From: Candidatus Saccharimonadota bacterium
Lineage (GTDB): Bacteria; Patescibacteriota; Saccharimonadia; Saccharimonadales; Saccharimonadaceae
Length of the DNA: 64,000 nt
Direction of reading: 5' to 3'
Assembly: GCA_017432225.1 (NCBI GenBank)
Contig: JAFRJN010000004.1
Coordinates: forward strand, 42,201 to 106,200
The notes beneath the pieces are model-generated. The model was not told where the DNA came from and did not search any database. It saw nothing but the letters and a program-made list of their open reading frames with translations. Below, in pieces: positions 9,436 through 17,349 of the stretch (positions are counted from its first letter, which is position 1; every line of letters starts with the position of its first letter). The position numbers were made by a program, and so were the translations under genes.

Positions 9436-10794
9436 TTAGTCATAGATTTTTTCCTTAATCTCGGCGATTTGATCGCGCAAGGTAAAATTAAGCTTGAGGT
9501 CGTTTTTAATTTTATTAATACCATGAAGAACAGTGGTGTGATCTTTGACACCAACTTCGGTAGCGATTTTGGTGGTACTCATGGAGAGCTCTTCGTGAAG
9601 GAGATACATAGCGATTTGACGGGCGGTTTTGATATTGGCGACGCGAGATTTACTCTTGAGCTCATTAGGATTTAATTGATAATATTTAGAAACCTTCTCG
9701 ACAATACGTTTGGCGGTGGTTGGCTTAAGTTTAGCATTGCGGGTGACTTTGATGGAGCCGTTATTGATGAGCTCTAGAGGAGTAAGTCCGCGGACGTCGG
9801 ACATAAGTAGGATGGTAGATAATTCTGATTCAAGGTCGCGGATGTTAGTATTGACGTTTTCAGCGATATATTCAATGGCTTCATCTTCAATCTCGGCACC
9901 ATCTAGGTCGGCTTTGGCGCGAAGAATGGCGCATTTATCCTCGAATTTAGGGAGCTGGAGATCGAAAGCTCCAGCCCAAGTGAGACGATTGGCGAGGCGT
10001 TCGTCTACGGTCTTAATCTGGGATGGGAGACGATCGCTCGTGACGATGATTTGTTTATCTAATTGATGGAGTGTATTAAAGATATTAAAAAACTCTTCTT
10101 GGGATTTTTCCTTATTAACGATGAGTTGAAAATCGTCAATAATGAGGACATCGAGAGAACGAAACTTATTATTAAAATCTTTACCCTTACCCTTCAAAAC
10201 ATAATCTACGAATTCGGCGTAGAAATCGGAAATTGGGGTATAGAGGATTTTGAAATCGGGATGGTTTTTTTGAATTTCGTTACCAATGGCTTGGACGAGG
10301 TGGGTTTTACCGAGGCCGGAACCACCGTAAAGGAAGAAAGGATTATAGCTAGTGCCGGGGTGCTCAATGATACTCTTTGCAGCAGCGACGGCGAGGTCGT
10401 TGTTGCTACCTACTACAAAACTATCTAGAGTGTATTTACTGTTAAGACCGGTAGTTTGGGATTTGGTAGATTTAAAGGCTTTTTTGGTGGAGGCGAGGCG
10501 ATCTTTGATGTCTATAGAAGTGGTAACTTCGCGCGGACGAATTTTGGACTTGGATTTAGTTTGAATCTCAAACTCTATATCTTTAACTTTGACGCCGTTG
10601 TTTGTGAGGGCCTCGGAAATAATATTGAGGAATTTGGAGCGGAGCTGCTTGATGAAGAAGGAATTTTTGACACCGATGATAATGTGGCCTTTGTCGGTAG
10701 AAATAAGGCTGGTATCTTGGAACCAGGTAGAGAAATTACTAGTAGAAATTTTTTGCTCAATCTCGGCTAGGGTGTTTTCCCACACGTTGTACAC
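9436..10794 (-). CDS. dnaA: Chromosomal replication initiator protein DnaA
   Basis: AAA+ Walker A GGSGLGKTHL, C-terminal DNA-binding helix region (RQIAMYLL...HTTVLHG). GTG start with AGGAGG upstream. Confidence 0.95.
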   Translation of the reverse strand: MYNVWENTLAEIEQKISTSNFSTWFQDTSLISTDKGHIIIGVKNSFFIKQLRSKFLNIISEALTNNGVKVKDIEFEIQTKSKSKIRPREVTTSIDIKDRLASTKKAFKSTKSQTTGLNSKYTLDSFVVGSNNDLAVAAAKSIIEHPGTSYNPFFLYGGSGLGKTHLVQAIGNEIQKNHPDFKILYTPISDFYAEFVDYVLKGKGKDFNNKFRSLDVLIIDDFQLIVNKEKSQEEFFNIFNTLHQLDKQIIVTSDRLPSQIKTVDERLANRLTWAGAFDLQLPKFEDKCAILRAKADLDGAEIEDEAIEYIAENVNTNIRDLESELSTILLMSDVRGLTPLELINNGSIKVTRNAKLKPTTAKRIVEKVSKYYQLNPNELKSKSRVANIKTARQIAMYLLHEELSMSTTKIATEVGVKDHTTVLHGINKIKNDLKLNFTLRDQIAEIKEKIYD

Positions 10795-11019
10795 TTTTGA
10801 CCTCCTTTTGGACTATTATAGCAAAGGTTGGGAAAGTTTTCCACAGGTTTTTATGGAGAAAATAATGTTTTGTAATATGTAAAAATGGTTACAGGGGCGA
10901 AGATTTACACAATTTGAGGCTTCCCCCTAAAAATAGTGTGGAAAAGTCTTTGAAAAATGTGGAAAAGTGTGCTATACTATAACAAGAATTTGCAAAATAA
11001 TAAAATATAGGAAAATAAT
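10795..11019. other. oriC module 2 / divergent dnaA and rpmH promoter region with DnaA boxes
   Basis: TTTTCCACA at 10837-10845, TTTACACA at 10904-10911, TGTGGAAAA at 10937-10945 and 10958-10966 (21-bp spacing). TGCTATACT -10 box at 10968-10976. Confidence 0.7.
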
Positions 11020-11157
11020 ATGCCAAAGAGAACTTATCAGCCACATAAGCGGCAACGAAAGCAAGAACATGGTTTTATGAAGCGGAATGCTTCGGTGAAT
11101 GGACGGAAGGTGTTGAAGCGCCGTCGAATTAAAGGCCGGGCTAAGCTTAGTGTATAA
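11020..11157 (+). CDS. rpmH: 50S ribosomal protein L34
   Basis: Manual translation gives [45 protein letters not shown] (45 aa). Below the ORF-track length cut-off. Canonical position before rnpA. Confidence 0.9.
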   Translation: MPKRTYQPHKRQRKQEHGFMKRNASVNGRKVLKRRRIKGRAKLSV

Positions 11158-11165
11158 TAATATAT

Positions 11166-11516
11166 ATGCTAAGTCAGAAATATCGGTTTCATTCGCGGGG
11201 TGGGGTGAAGTATGTTTACAAAAAAGGAAAAACCGTGCGTCGGGCTGGTTTTTCTTTGGTTTTTTGTGAAAATACGCGAGGTTTTATACGAATTGCGGTG
11301 GTAGTTTCAAAGAAGGTAGCAAAGACAGCGGTAGCTCGGAATAGAATTAGGCGGCGAGTATACGAGGCGATTAGAAAAAATATGGAATTTATACCATTAA
11401 AACAAGATTATATCTTTGTGGTGTATGACAAAAAAGCTGGTGAAATGCCTTATGATGATTTAGTAAAATCTCTCGGAGAGCTAGTCGCCGAGAGTAAAGT
11501 GTGTTATAATAGATAG
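11166..11516 (+). CDS. rnpA: Ribonuclease P protein component
   Basis: 116 aa, basic, RNR-like motif ARNRIRRRVYEAIR. Synteny rpmH-rnpA-yidC. Confidence 0.85.
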   Translation: MLSQKYRFHSRGGVKYVYKKGKTVRRAGFSLVFCENTRGFIRIAVVVSKKVAKTAVARNRIRRRVYEAIRKNMEFIPLKQDYIFVVYDKKAGEMPYDDLVKSLGELVAESKVCYNR

Positions 11517-11518
11517 TA

Positions 11519-12673
11519 ATGGATAAAAAGAGTGTGAAAAAATATATCTATTGGGGGTTGTTTATTGCTTTTGTAGCGGGGTCGATTGCGACTGGTGGTC
11601 CGTTTAATCTGATAGACATGATAATTGTGCGGCCGATTGTAAACGTACAATTTATGATTTTTAACTTGGTACATGACTTTGGTCTTGCGATTATAATTCT
11701 TGCGATTTTGGTAAAGTTATTTATGTGGCCGCTTACCAAGAGGCAGCTGATGCAGACGAGGTTGATGCGGAAGATTCAACCAGAGTTAACAAAAATTCGG
11801 AAGAATTGCAACGGTAATAAGCAGTTAGAGTCTCTGCAGACGATGGATCTTTATAAACGGTATAATGTAAAGCCGTTTTCTTCGATCTTGGTGCTTCTAA
11901 TTCAGCTACCGATATTTATTGCAGTGTTTTCGGCGATTCGAGTAATTGCGACGCCTTTACCACAAGATAATTTAACAAACCGAGCTTATGACTTTGTGGC
12001 TTATGAGGGGTCGGAAATTCGTAAGCTTGAGGACGAGCAGGTTGAATATTTGGAGATGAAATATGGAGAGAATTCCACTGAAGAAGATAAGAATGCAGCG
12101 GAGTACAATTTTCATCCGACGCTATTTAATACGATCGATCTTACCGCTAAAGCAAGTGATGTGATTAATCCTTCAAAGTTTACCTGGAGTGCGTTATTTA
12201 TGTTGGCAATCTCAATAGCGGCGAGCTTGGCACAGTATTTTGCAACAAAGCAGCAGATGTCATCTGGAAAGAGTGAAAAGAAAAAGAAATTCCGAGATAT
12301 TTTGAAGGAAGCTAAAGATGGTAAAGAGGTGGACGATTCGGATATTAGTAGTCTCACCACTAACCAGATGTCCAAGATGATGCCTATTATGATGTTTATC
12401 ATCATGTTTAATCTACATGGGGCGTTGGCGTTTTATTACTTCCTCTCGAATATCTTCACGATTTTACAACAGAAGTTGATTTATAATAAGGTAGAAGATG
12501 AGATGGACGATAATACAGATAAGGCGATTCTGAATGAGCTAAAGAAGTCAGAAAAGGGCCGCAACATCGCAAAGGGGGCTAAAATCAAGGAAGCAGAAGT
12601 GGTGGAAAACAAAAAAACCGGAACAAAAATAACTCGTATCTCCGCAAAGGATAATAAAAAGAAAAGGAGATAA
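11519..12673 (+). CDS. yidC: Membrane protein insertase YidC
   Basis: Polytopic. PLTKRQLMQTRLMRKIQPEL motif typical of the YidC/Oxa1 family. Lys-rich C-terminal tail. Confidence 0.85.
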   Translation: MDKKSVKKYIYWGLFIAFVAGSIATGGPFNLIDMIIVRPIVNVQFMIFNLVHDFGLAIIILAILVKLFMWPLTKRQLMQTRLMRKIQPELTKIRKNCNGNKQLESLQTMDLYKRYNVKPFSSILVLLIQLPIFIAVFSAIRVIATPLPQDNLTNRAYDFVAYEGSEIRKLEDEQVEYLEMKYGENSTEEDKNAAEYNFHPTLFNTIDLTAKASDVINPSKFTWSALFMLAISIAASLAQYFATKQQMSSGKSEKKKKFRDILKEAKDGKEVDDSDISSLTTNQMSKMMPIMMFIIMFNLHGALAFYYFLSNIFTILQQKLIYNKVEDEMDDNTDKAILNELKKSEKGRNIAKGAKIKEAEVVENKKTGTKITRISAKDNKKKRR

Positions 12674-12677
12674 TAAC

Positions 12678-13133
12678 ATGAATAAAGAAGAATCGATTAG
12701 ATTTGCGGGTAAATACCTGGAGGATCTATTAAGTTTCTTTGGGATAAATGTGGCGGTCTATGCGACGGCGGAAGATGATGTGATACAGCTTTCGGTACCT
12801 TCGACATCTTTGAACTCGCTTCTTATTGGTCGGAATGCGGATAATTTGCGGGCGCTTCAACATATGGTGATGATGGCTTTGGTAACGAAAGAAGCAGAGC
12901 TAACTAGAGTGAATATTGATATTGCGAATTATAAGAGACAAAGAGAAGATCGAATCGCGTCGAAAGCAGAGGGGTGGATTAATAAGGTCCGTGAGACTGG
13001 AGAACCGATGACAATTAATTTGAACGCGGCGGATAGACGGGTGGTACATAAGGTGGCACAAGATTATTCAGATATTGAGACGCACTCGGAGGGGGAAGGT
13101 AGAGAGAGGCATTTAATTATTTCGAAGATATAA
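12678..13133 (+). CDS. jag: RNA-binding protein Jag/KhpB (KH plus R3H domains)
   Basis: KH-like LLIGRNADNLRALQ and R3H motif DRRVVHKV. Follows yidC. SD AGGAG upstream. Confidence 0.8.
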   Translation: MNKEESIRFAGKYLEDLLSFFGINVAVYATAEDDVIQLSVPSTSLNSLLIGRNADNLRALQHMVMMALVTKEAELTRVNIDIANYKRQREDRIASKAEGWINKVRETGEPMTINLNAADRRVVHKVAQDYSDIETHSEGEGRERHLIISKI

Positions 13134-13134
13134 T

Positions 13135-13166
13135 AAAAATAAGTGGCTTTAAGCCACTTATTTTTT
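13135..13166. terminator. Bidirectional terminator between convergent jag and the LCP gene
   Basis: Near-perfect palindrome aaaaataagtggct-tta-agccacttattttt, flanked by A and T runs. Confidence 0.75.
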
Positions 13167-14988
13167 AGTCATTTAGGATGATGATGAAATCGTAATCTGG
13201 GGCGATGGTGGCGGGGAGGGCGTCTTTTGATAATGGGGTGAAGTTGTAATCTGTCTCGAGGAGGCTGAAGGTGCCGGGTTTCTCGGTAGTGGTGGCGTAG
13301 ATGGTAGTGCCGGCTGGATATTCACCTTCTGGGGCGTTGTCGACAAGCTTGATGGTGTAGCCTTTTTGCTCGAGCTTGGACTTCTCGGAAGCGGCGAGAC
13401 CGGCGGTGTCGGAAGCGTTGTAAATGGCGATGGTTGGCTCTTCATAGTCGCGTGGGTCGCTAGAGAGCTGCTTGGCGACATATCTTTGGATGGCGGTGTA
13501 ATTACCGGCGCCAGCCTTTGGTAAGACATAGGATATACCGTTAAGCATACCGGTAGTCATATAATCTGGGTAGAGGGAGATTTGACGCATCACGTCAAAA
13601 TCGAGAATACCGAGATCGTGCGCGAGAGTTTTGATTTCGGAAATTGAAAAGTTGGTGCGGAGATTATCGCCAAGAGTGGAGGCGAGACCTAACATATCGC
13701 TAATAGTTAAACCTTTTTCGAGAATTCGATCTTTGATGCCGATGAGGATTTTTTGCTGGGAGGCGCCACGAGAGAAGTCGCCACCGGTAGTGCCATGACG
13801 AGCACGGGCGAGACCGACGGCTTCGGCGCCGTTGATAGTGTATGGGGTGTCTTTATAATAAACAGCTTCGGTATAGTAATAGTCTAAAATATCCTCGTCT
13901 AGAGTGACAGTGATGCCACCGAGGATGTCAACGATAGAAGCGAGCGAACCCCAGTTTAAGTGCGCGTAATATTGGAAATCAATGCCGAGGACATCACCGA
14001 CGGCATCCATAACTGCGGTGACAGCTTTTTCTTCTTGCTCGATAGAAGCATCGCCACTGCCGCCGTTACACCAGTAGACTTCATTGATTTTGCCAGTAGA
14101 AGTACAGGTGGAAGGACCCTTTAAATCGCGAGGAAGGCTAATCATAGCGACATCGCCGGTCTTTTGATCGAAGCTGATGACCATGATAGAGTCGGTAAGC
14201 TGGGCACCGTCGTGGACGCCGTTTCCTTCGTCGCCATCCATGTTGTAGCCACTGGTGCCGATGGCCAGGATATTAGTGCGGCCGTTAGAGTCGGTCTTTA
14301 ATGGCTCATAAGTCTCGGAATTAAGGGAAAAGAGATCAAAAAGATTACCACGACCACCGGTGATTTTGGCAATAATGTCGTTACCCCAGAGGACCATCCA
14401 GATGACGCCGCCGATTAAAATTAATACGATGATGAGGGCGACGATGGAAATGACTTTACGCTTTTTGCTAGGTTTTTTCTGGCCTTTTTTTAGGGATTTG
14501 GCGAGTTTTTTCTGCTCCTTTTTTTCCTTTTTTAGCTCTTTTTTGGACATTTCTGCTGGCTCCTCCTCTGTATCTTCATCGGACTTTTTGTCGGGGTCTT
14601 GATGGAGATTTTTGATGTCTTCTACGGTGTCTTCGGATTCGGTGAGACCGTCTTCTTCGTTAAAATCAAAAGCTTGAATAGGCTTTAAGAAACTAGTGTC
14701 TTCGTTTGACTTTTTGGGTTTAAAATCAATGGTCTTGGGCTTTTTTGCGACTGGCTTTTCTTTGAAATCGCTAGTATCTATGGTGTTCAAATCATCGGTG
14801 TTGTCAGAAAAATTGGATTCCAATTTAATAGAGTCCCACATATTGTCGGTAGGGGCGTTGATAAAATCTTCGGATAATTTAGGGGTGATAGGTTTTTTGG
14901 CCTTGGTAGGTTTTTTGGTGGCAACTTTGCTAGCGCTAATTTTTTCAGCGCGAGTAGAAAGCCCATCAATTGATTTATTTTTAGTCAT
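13165..14988 (-). CDS. LytR-CpsA-Psr (LCP) family cell-wall glycopolymer ligase with LytR_C domain
   Basis: N-terminal Lys/Asp/Glu-rich cytoplasmic region, one TM. LCP core (ILAIGTS...DSIMVISFD...SLPRDL). C-terminal LytR_C-like domain. Confidence 0.85.
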   Translation of the reverse strand: MTKNKSIDGLSTRAEKISASKVATKKPTKAKKPITPKLSEDFINAPTDNMWDSIKLESNFSDNTDDLNTIDTSDFKEKPVAKKPKTIDFKPKKSNEDTSFLKPIQAFDFNEEDGLTESEDTVEDIKNLHQDPDKKSDEDTEEEPAEMSKKELKKEKKEQKKLAKSLKKGQKKPSKKRKVISIVALIIVLILIGGVIWMVLWGNDIIAKITGGRGNLFDLFSLNSETYEPLKTDSNGRTNILAIGTSGYNMDGDEGNGVHDGAQLTDSIMVISFDQKTGDVAMISLPRDLKGPSTCTSTGKINEVYWCNGGSGDASIEQEEKAVTAVMDAVGDVLGIDFQYYAHLNWGSLASIVDILGGITVTLDEDILDYYYTEAVYYKDTPYTINGAEAVGLARARHGTTGGDFSRGASQQKILIGIKDRILEKGLTISDMLGLASTLGDNLRTNFSISEIKTLAHDLGILDFDVMRQISLYPDYMTTGMLNGISYVLPKAGAGNYTAIQRYVAKQLSSDPRDYEEPTIAIYNASDTAGLAASEKSKLEQKGYTIKLVDNAPEGEYPAGTTIYATTTEKPGTFSLLETDYNFTPLSKDALPATIAPDYDFIIILND

Positions 14989-15004
14989 TATATATAATTA
15001 TATC
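14989..15004. promoter_or_regulatory. 16-bp divergent intergenic region with overlapping -10 boxes in a palindrome
   Basis: Sequence tatatataattatatc. TATAAT on the plus strand at 14993-14998 is 6 nt before ATG 15005. TATAAT on the minus strand at 15002-14997 is 8 nt before ATG 14988. ATATAATTATAT is a perfect palindrome. Confidence 0.55.
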
Positions 15005-15340
15005 ATGAACTCGACTAAACTTACAAAAAAACAATTAGCGGTTTTAGACTTTATTCAGGATTTTACAGATGAAAATGGAACATCTCCGTCTTATCGAGAA
15101 ATTATGGAAGGATTGGGGTTAACTTCGGTTTCGGCAGTGGCAGAGCATGTAGATAATTTGGTCGCTAAAGGGGCGCTTCGTAAGACTCCGGGGGAGGCGC
15201 GGAGCCTAGAAATTCTAGATTATAAACACACCGAGACGGTGAATTTGTTTAAAGCGAGGATGATAGATGTCTCGGAGGAAGATAAGGCTGTTTTGGTTAA
15301 GGCTGCGGGGATTCTGGGGTTAGATTTGGACCAGAACTAA
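15005..15340 (+). CDS. LexA N-terminal-domain-like winged-helix DNA-binding protein, no S24 peptidase domain
   Basis: 111 aa. LTKKQLAVLDFIQDFTDENGTSPSYREIMEGLGLTSVSAVAEHVDNLVAKGALRK resembles the LexA DNA-binding domain. Start moved to ATG 15005, because the longer track ORF is antisense to the LCP gene. Confidence 0.65.
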   Translation: MNSTKLTKKQLAVLDFIQDFTDENGTSPSYREIMEGLGLTSVSAVAEHVDNLVAKGALRKTPGEARSLEILDYKHTETVNLFKARMIDVSEEDKAVLVKAAGILGLDLDQN

Positions 15341-16719
15341 TTAGCATCTGAACTAGCACCATAAGTTTCCTCGAAATATTCGTAGCGTTTGGCGACCCAG
15401 TCAATGAGGTAGTCGGCTTCTTCGTCGAAGTCGGTTTTTAACTTCCAGCGGGCTTGGTCACGGTAGGCGGCATCCCTAATGTAGTTAGCTTGAGATTTGA
15501 TATGAGTGAGCAACTCTTCGCCGTGGCCGGAGAGGGTGGACTGGTAGATTTGCTTGACCTTCGTCTCAAATTCGGGAAGCTCTAGGAGGTCGAAAAAGAG
15601 GGTGGAAATGGAAGCGACATGGCGAGTGTCAGATGAAATTTCGTTGCTAGCTGATAGATTGAGTAATTGTTTTAGGGCTAATGAACTGGCGGGAGATAAT
15701 ACGAGGTTGGCGTTGACGTTTCCGGTGGGCCAATGTTTGTTGCCAAAAGCGAGGTCAAAGTCCCAACCGGGGCCGGCATGGATTTTGTCGTTTTCATCGT
15801 TTTGGTATAGGAATAAACTAGAGCTGTATGCGTCTGGGTTGTTGGTAAACTCGTTAAGCAGGAAATATCTAGCAAAAGATTCTGTGTCGATGATGGCGTC
15901 TAGGGTCTGATAATCTCCAGCAGAAATAGCTTGTTCGGCAGCGTTTAATTTGTTGATGAATATAGCCATAGCAGACTTTGAATCATCTGGGTTGGGGCTA
16001 TCTTTGATGGTGAGGCAATTGTGGTTAATGTCATAGTAGCAAGTGTCGGCAGTGCCGTATAGATTGTCTAGTTCTACTAAAATGCCATAATGGTCTTGAA
16101 GGTTGATACGAGATTTATTGATTTCGACTTTTTCGGTCAAATAGTAGAGGCCGTTGTAATTGCCGTCGAAATAAACTTCTATGAAATTACCATTCAGAGC
16201 ATAAGGCTCGTTAAGGATTTTTTCAAGATAAAAGGCGGTATCATTACGAAGATAGGTAGGATCGGTGTAGTTGGAAATAAGATTCCATTTTTTGGCTGGA
16301 TTGTGGCCAAATAGTGATTCTTTGCTGGGGAGCTTTAGTTGGTAAGATTTTTTGGCTTGTACCCAGCTAAAATTGCCACGTCCTTTAATTTCGACATTTT
16401 GAAAAGTAGAGGAAACTTTGTCGATTGTAAAAATGGCGGTGTTGTCGGAGTATTTGACATCTTTTGTGTCTAGGTTGATTTGCTCAAGTGGAACAGAAGC
16501 GAGGGAAATTTCTAATTTGGGAAAAGTTTTTTGTGTACTAATAGCTAGGTATTCGGAAATTTTGAGGACGGTGATGACAGTTATAAAAATGATAATAAGA
16601 AAAAGTAAACTTCTAGTAATGGTTGAAGATTTAGCGGTGGTGGTTTTATGAGTGATTCTTTGAGTGCTTTTTTGAGGTGCTTTTTTAGCTTTGCTCTTAG
16701 CACGACTTTTCCGTTGCAT
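15337..16719 (-). CDS. CotH kinase-family protein, membrane-anchored/secreted
   Basis: Motifs YFDGNYNGLYYLTEKVE and GPGWDFDLAFG are typical of the CotH family. N-terminal basic segment plus TM. Start placed at ATG 16719. Confidence 0.75.
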   Translation of the reverse strand: MQRKSRAKSKAKKAPQKSTQRITHKTTTAKSSTITRSLLFLIIIFITVITVLKISEYLAISTQKTFPKLEISLASVPLEQINLDTKDVKYSDNTAIFTIDKVSSTFQNVEIKGRGNFSWVQAKKSYQLKLPSKESLFGHNPAKKWNLISNYTDPTYLRNDTAFYLEKILNEPYALNGNFIEVYFDGNYNGLYYLTEKVEINKSRINLQDHYGILVELDNLYGTADTCYYDINHNCLTIKDSPNPDDSKSAMAIFINKLNAAEQAISAGDYQTLDAIIDTESFARYFLLNEFTNNPDAYSSSLFLYQNDENDKIHAGPGWDFDLAFGNKHWPTGNVNANLVLSPASSLALKQLLNLSASNEISSDTRHVASISTLFFDLLELPEFETKVKQIYQSTLSGHGEELLTHIKSQANYIRDAAYRDQARWKLKTDFDEEADYLIDWVAKRYEYFEETYGASSDAN

Positions 16720-16800
16720 ATCTATATATATTTTAACACATTTTGACAAGGTTGATAATTTGCGCGAAGAATAATATAATGATATCAGGAGATTTGTCGA

Positions 16801-17349
16801 ATGGCTACGCGCAGAAATAATCGAAAATGGCTCTGGTGGGGGATAGGGATTTTGGTGGTGGCTGTAACTATTGTGGCGGTAGTACTAATTGTAAAAAATA
16901 ATACTAAAGACGAATCTACTTATAATGAACGAGGACAGTCGGAGACGAAGGAGTCTGAGAAAAAGGAAGAAAAGAAGGAAGAGCCCGAAAAAACCAAAGA
17001 AGAGACGACGTCTCAAAAAGAAGAGGTGAAACAATATGATGGTGAAGACCCTAATACGGTTGAGACTTTGACCGGGGTGATTTCTTATGCGGGGGTGAGT
17101 GGGGGTAAATTGCTGATAAGGGTGAATATTGATCAGTATCTTTCAAACGGGAGTTGCAAACTTGCACTAACGAGGGATGGCGTCACTATATATAATAGTA
17201 CGGCTGCGATTGAGAGCTCGGTCTCGACTTCGACTTGTAATGGGTTTGATGTGCCGGTAAGTGAAATTGGAAATGGTAACTTTAAGATCGAGGTGACTTT
17301 GGAGTCTGATAATAAATATGGTAAAATAGCGGGAGAAGTAGCGGTATGA
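16801..17349 (+). CDS. Hypothetical membrane-anchored protein
   Basis: 182 aa. TM, Lys/Glu-rich linker, roughly 100-aa C-terminal domain with two Cys. AGGAG upstream. ATGA overlap with the next gene. Confidence 0.6.
   Translation: MATRRNNRKWLWWGIGILVVAVTIVAVVLIVKNNTKDESTYNERGQSETKESEKKEEKKEEPEKTKEETTSQKEEVKQYDGEDPNTVETLTGVISYAGVSGGKLLIRVNIDQYLSNGSCKLALTRDGVTIYNSTAAIESSVSTSTCNGFDVPVSEIGNGNFKIEVTLESDNKYGKIAGEVAV

Noticed and set aside
9192-9554. 120-aa ORF containing a YYYYYY run, spanning the dnaA-dnaN spacer
   Set aside because: The poly-Tyr comes from reading the TAG/TAA trinucleotide repeat on the opposite strand. The ORF also overlaps the dnaA 3' end and the DnaA-box array, so it is a non-coding origin region.
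14696-15004. N-terminal extensions of track ORFs (14696-15340, 37310-38995, 2798-3706, 19068-20351, 25092-26672)
   Set aside because: The extensions run antisense through neighbouring genes or across promoter boxes. Internal ATGs with a -10 box or an SD at the correct spacing give non-overlapping, family-typical N-termini.
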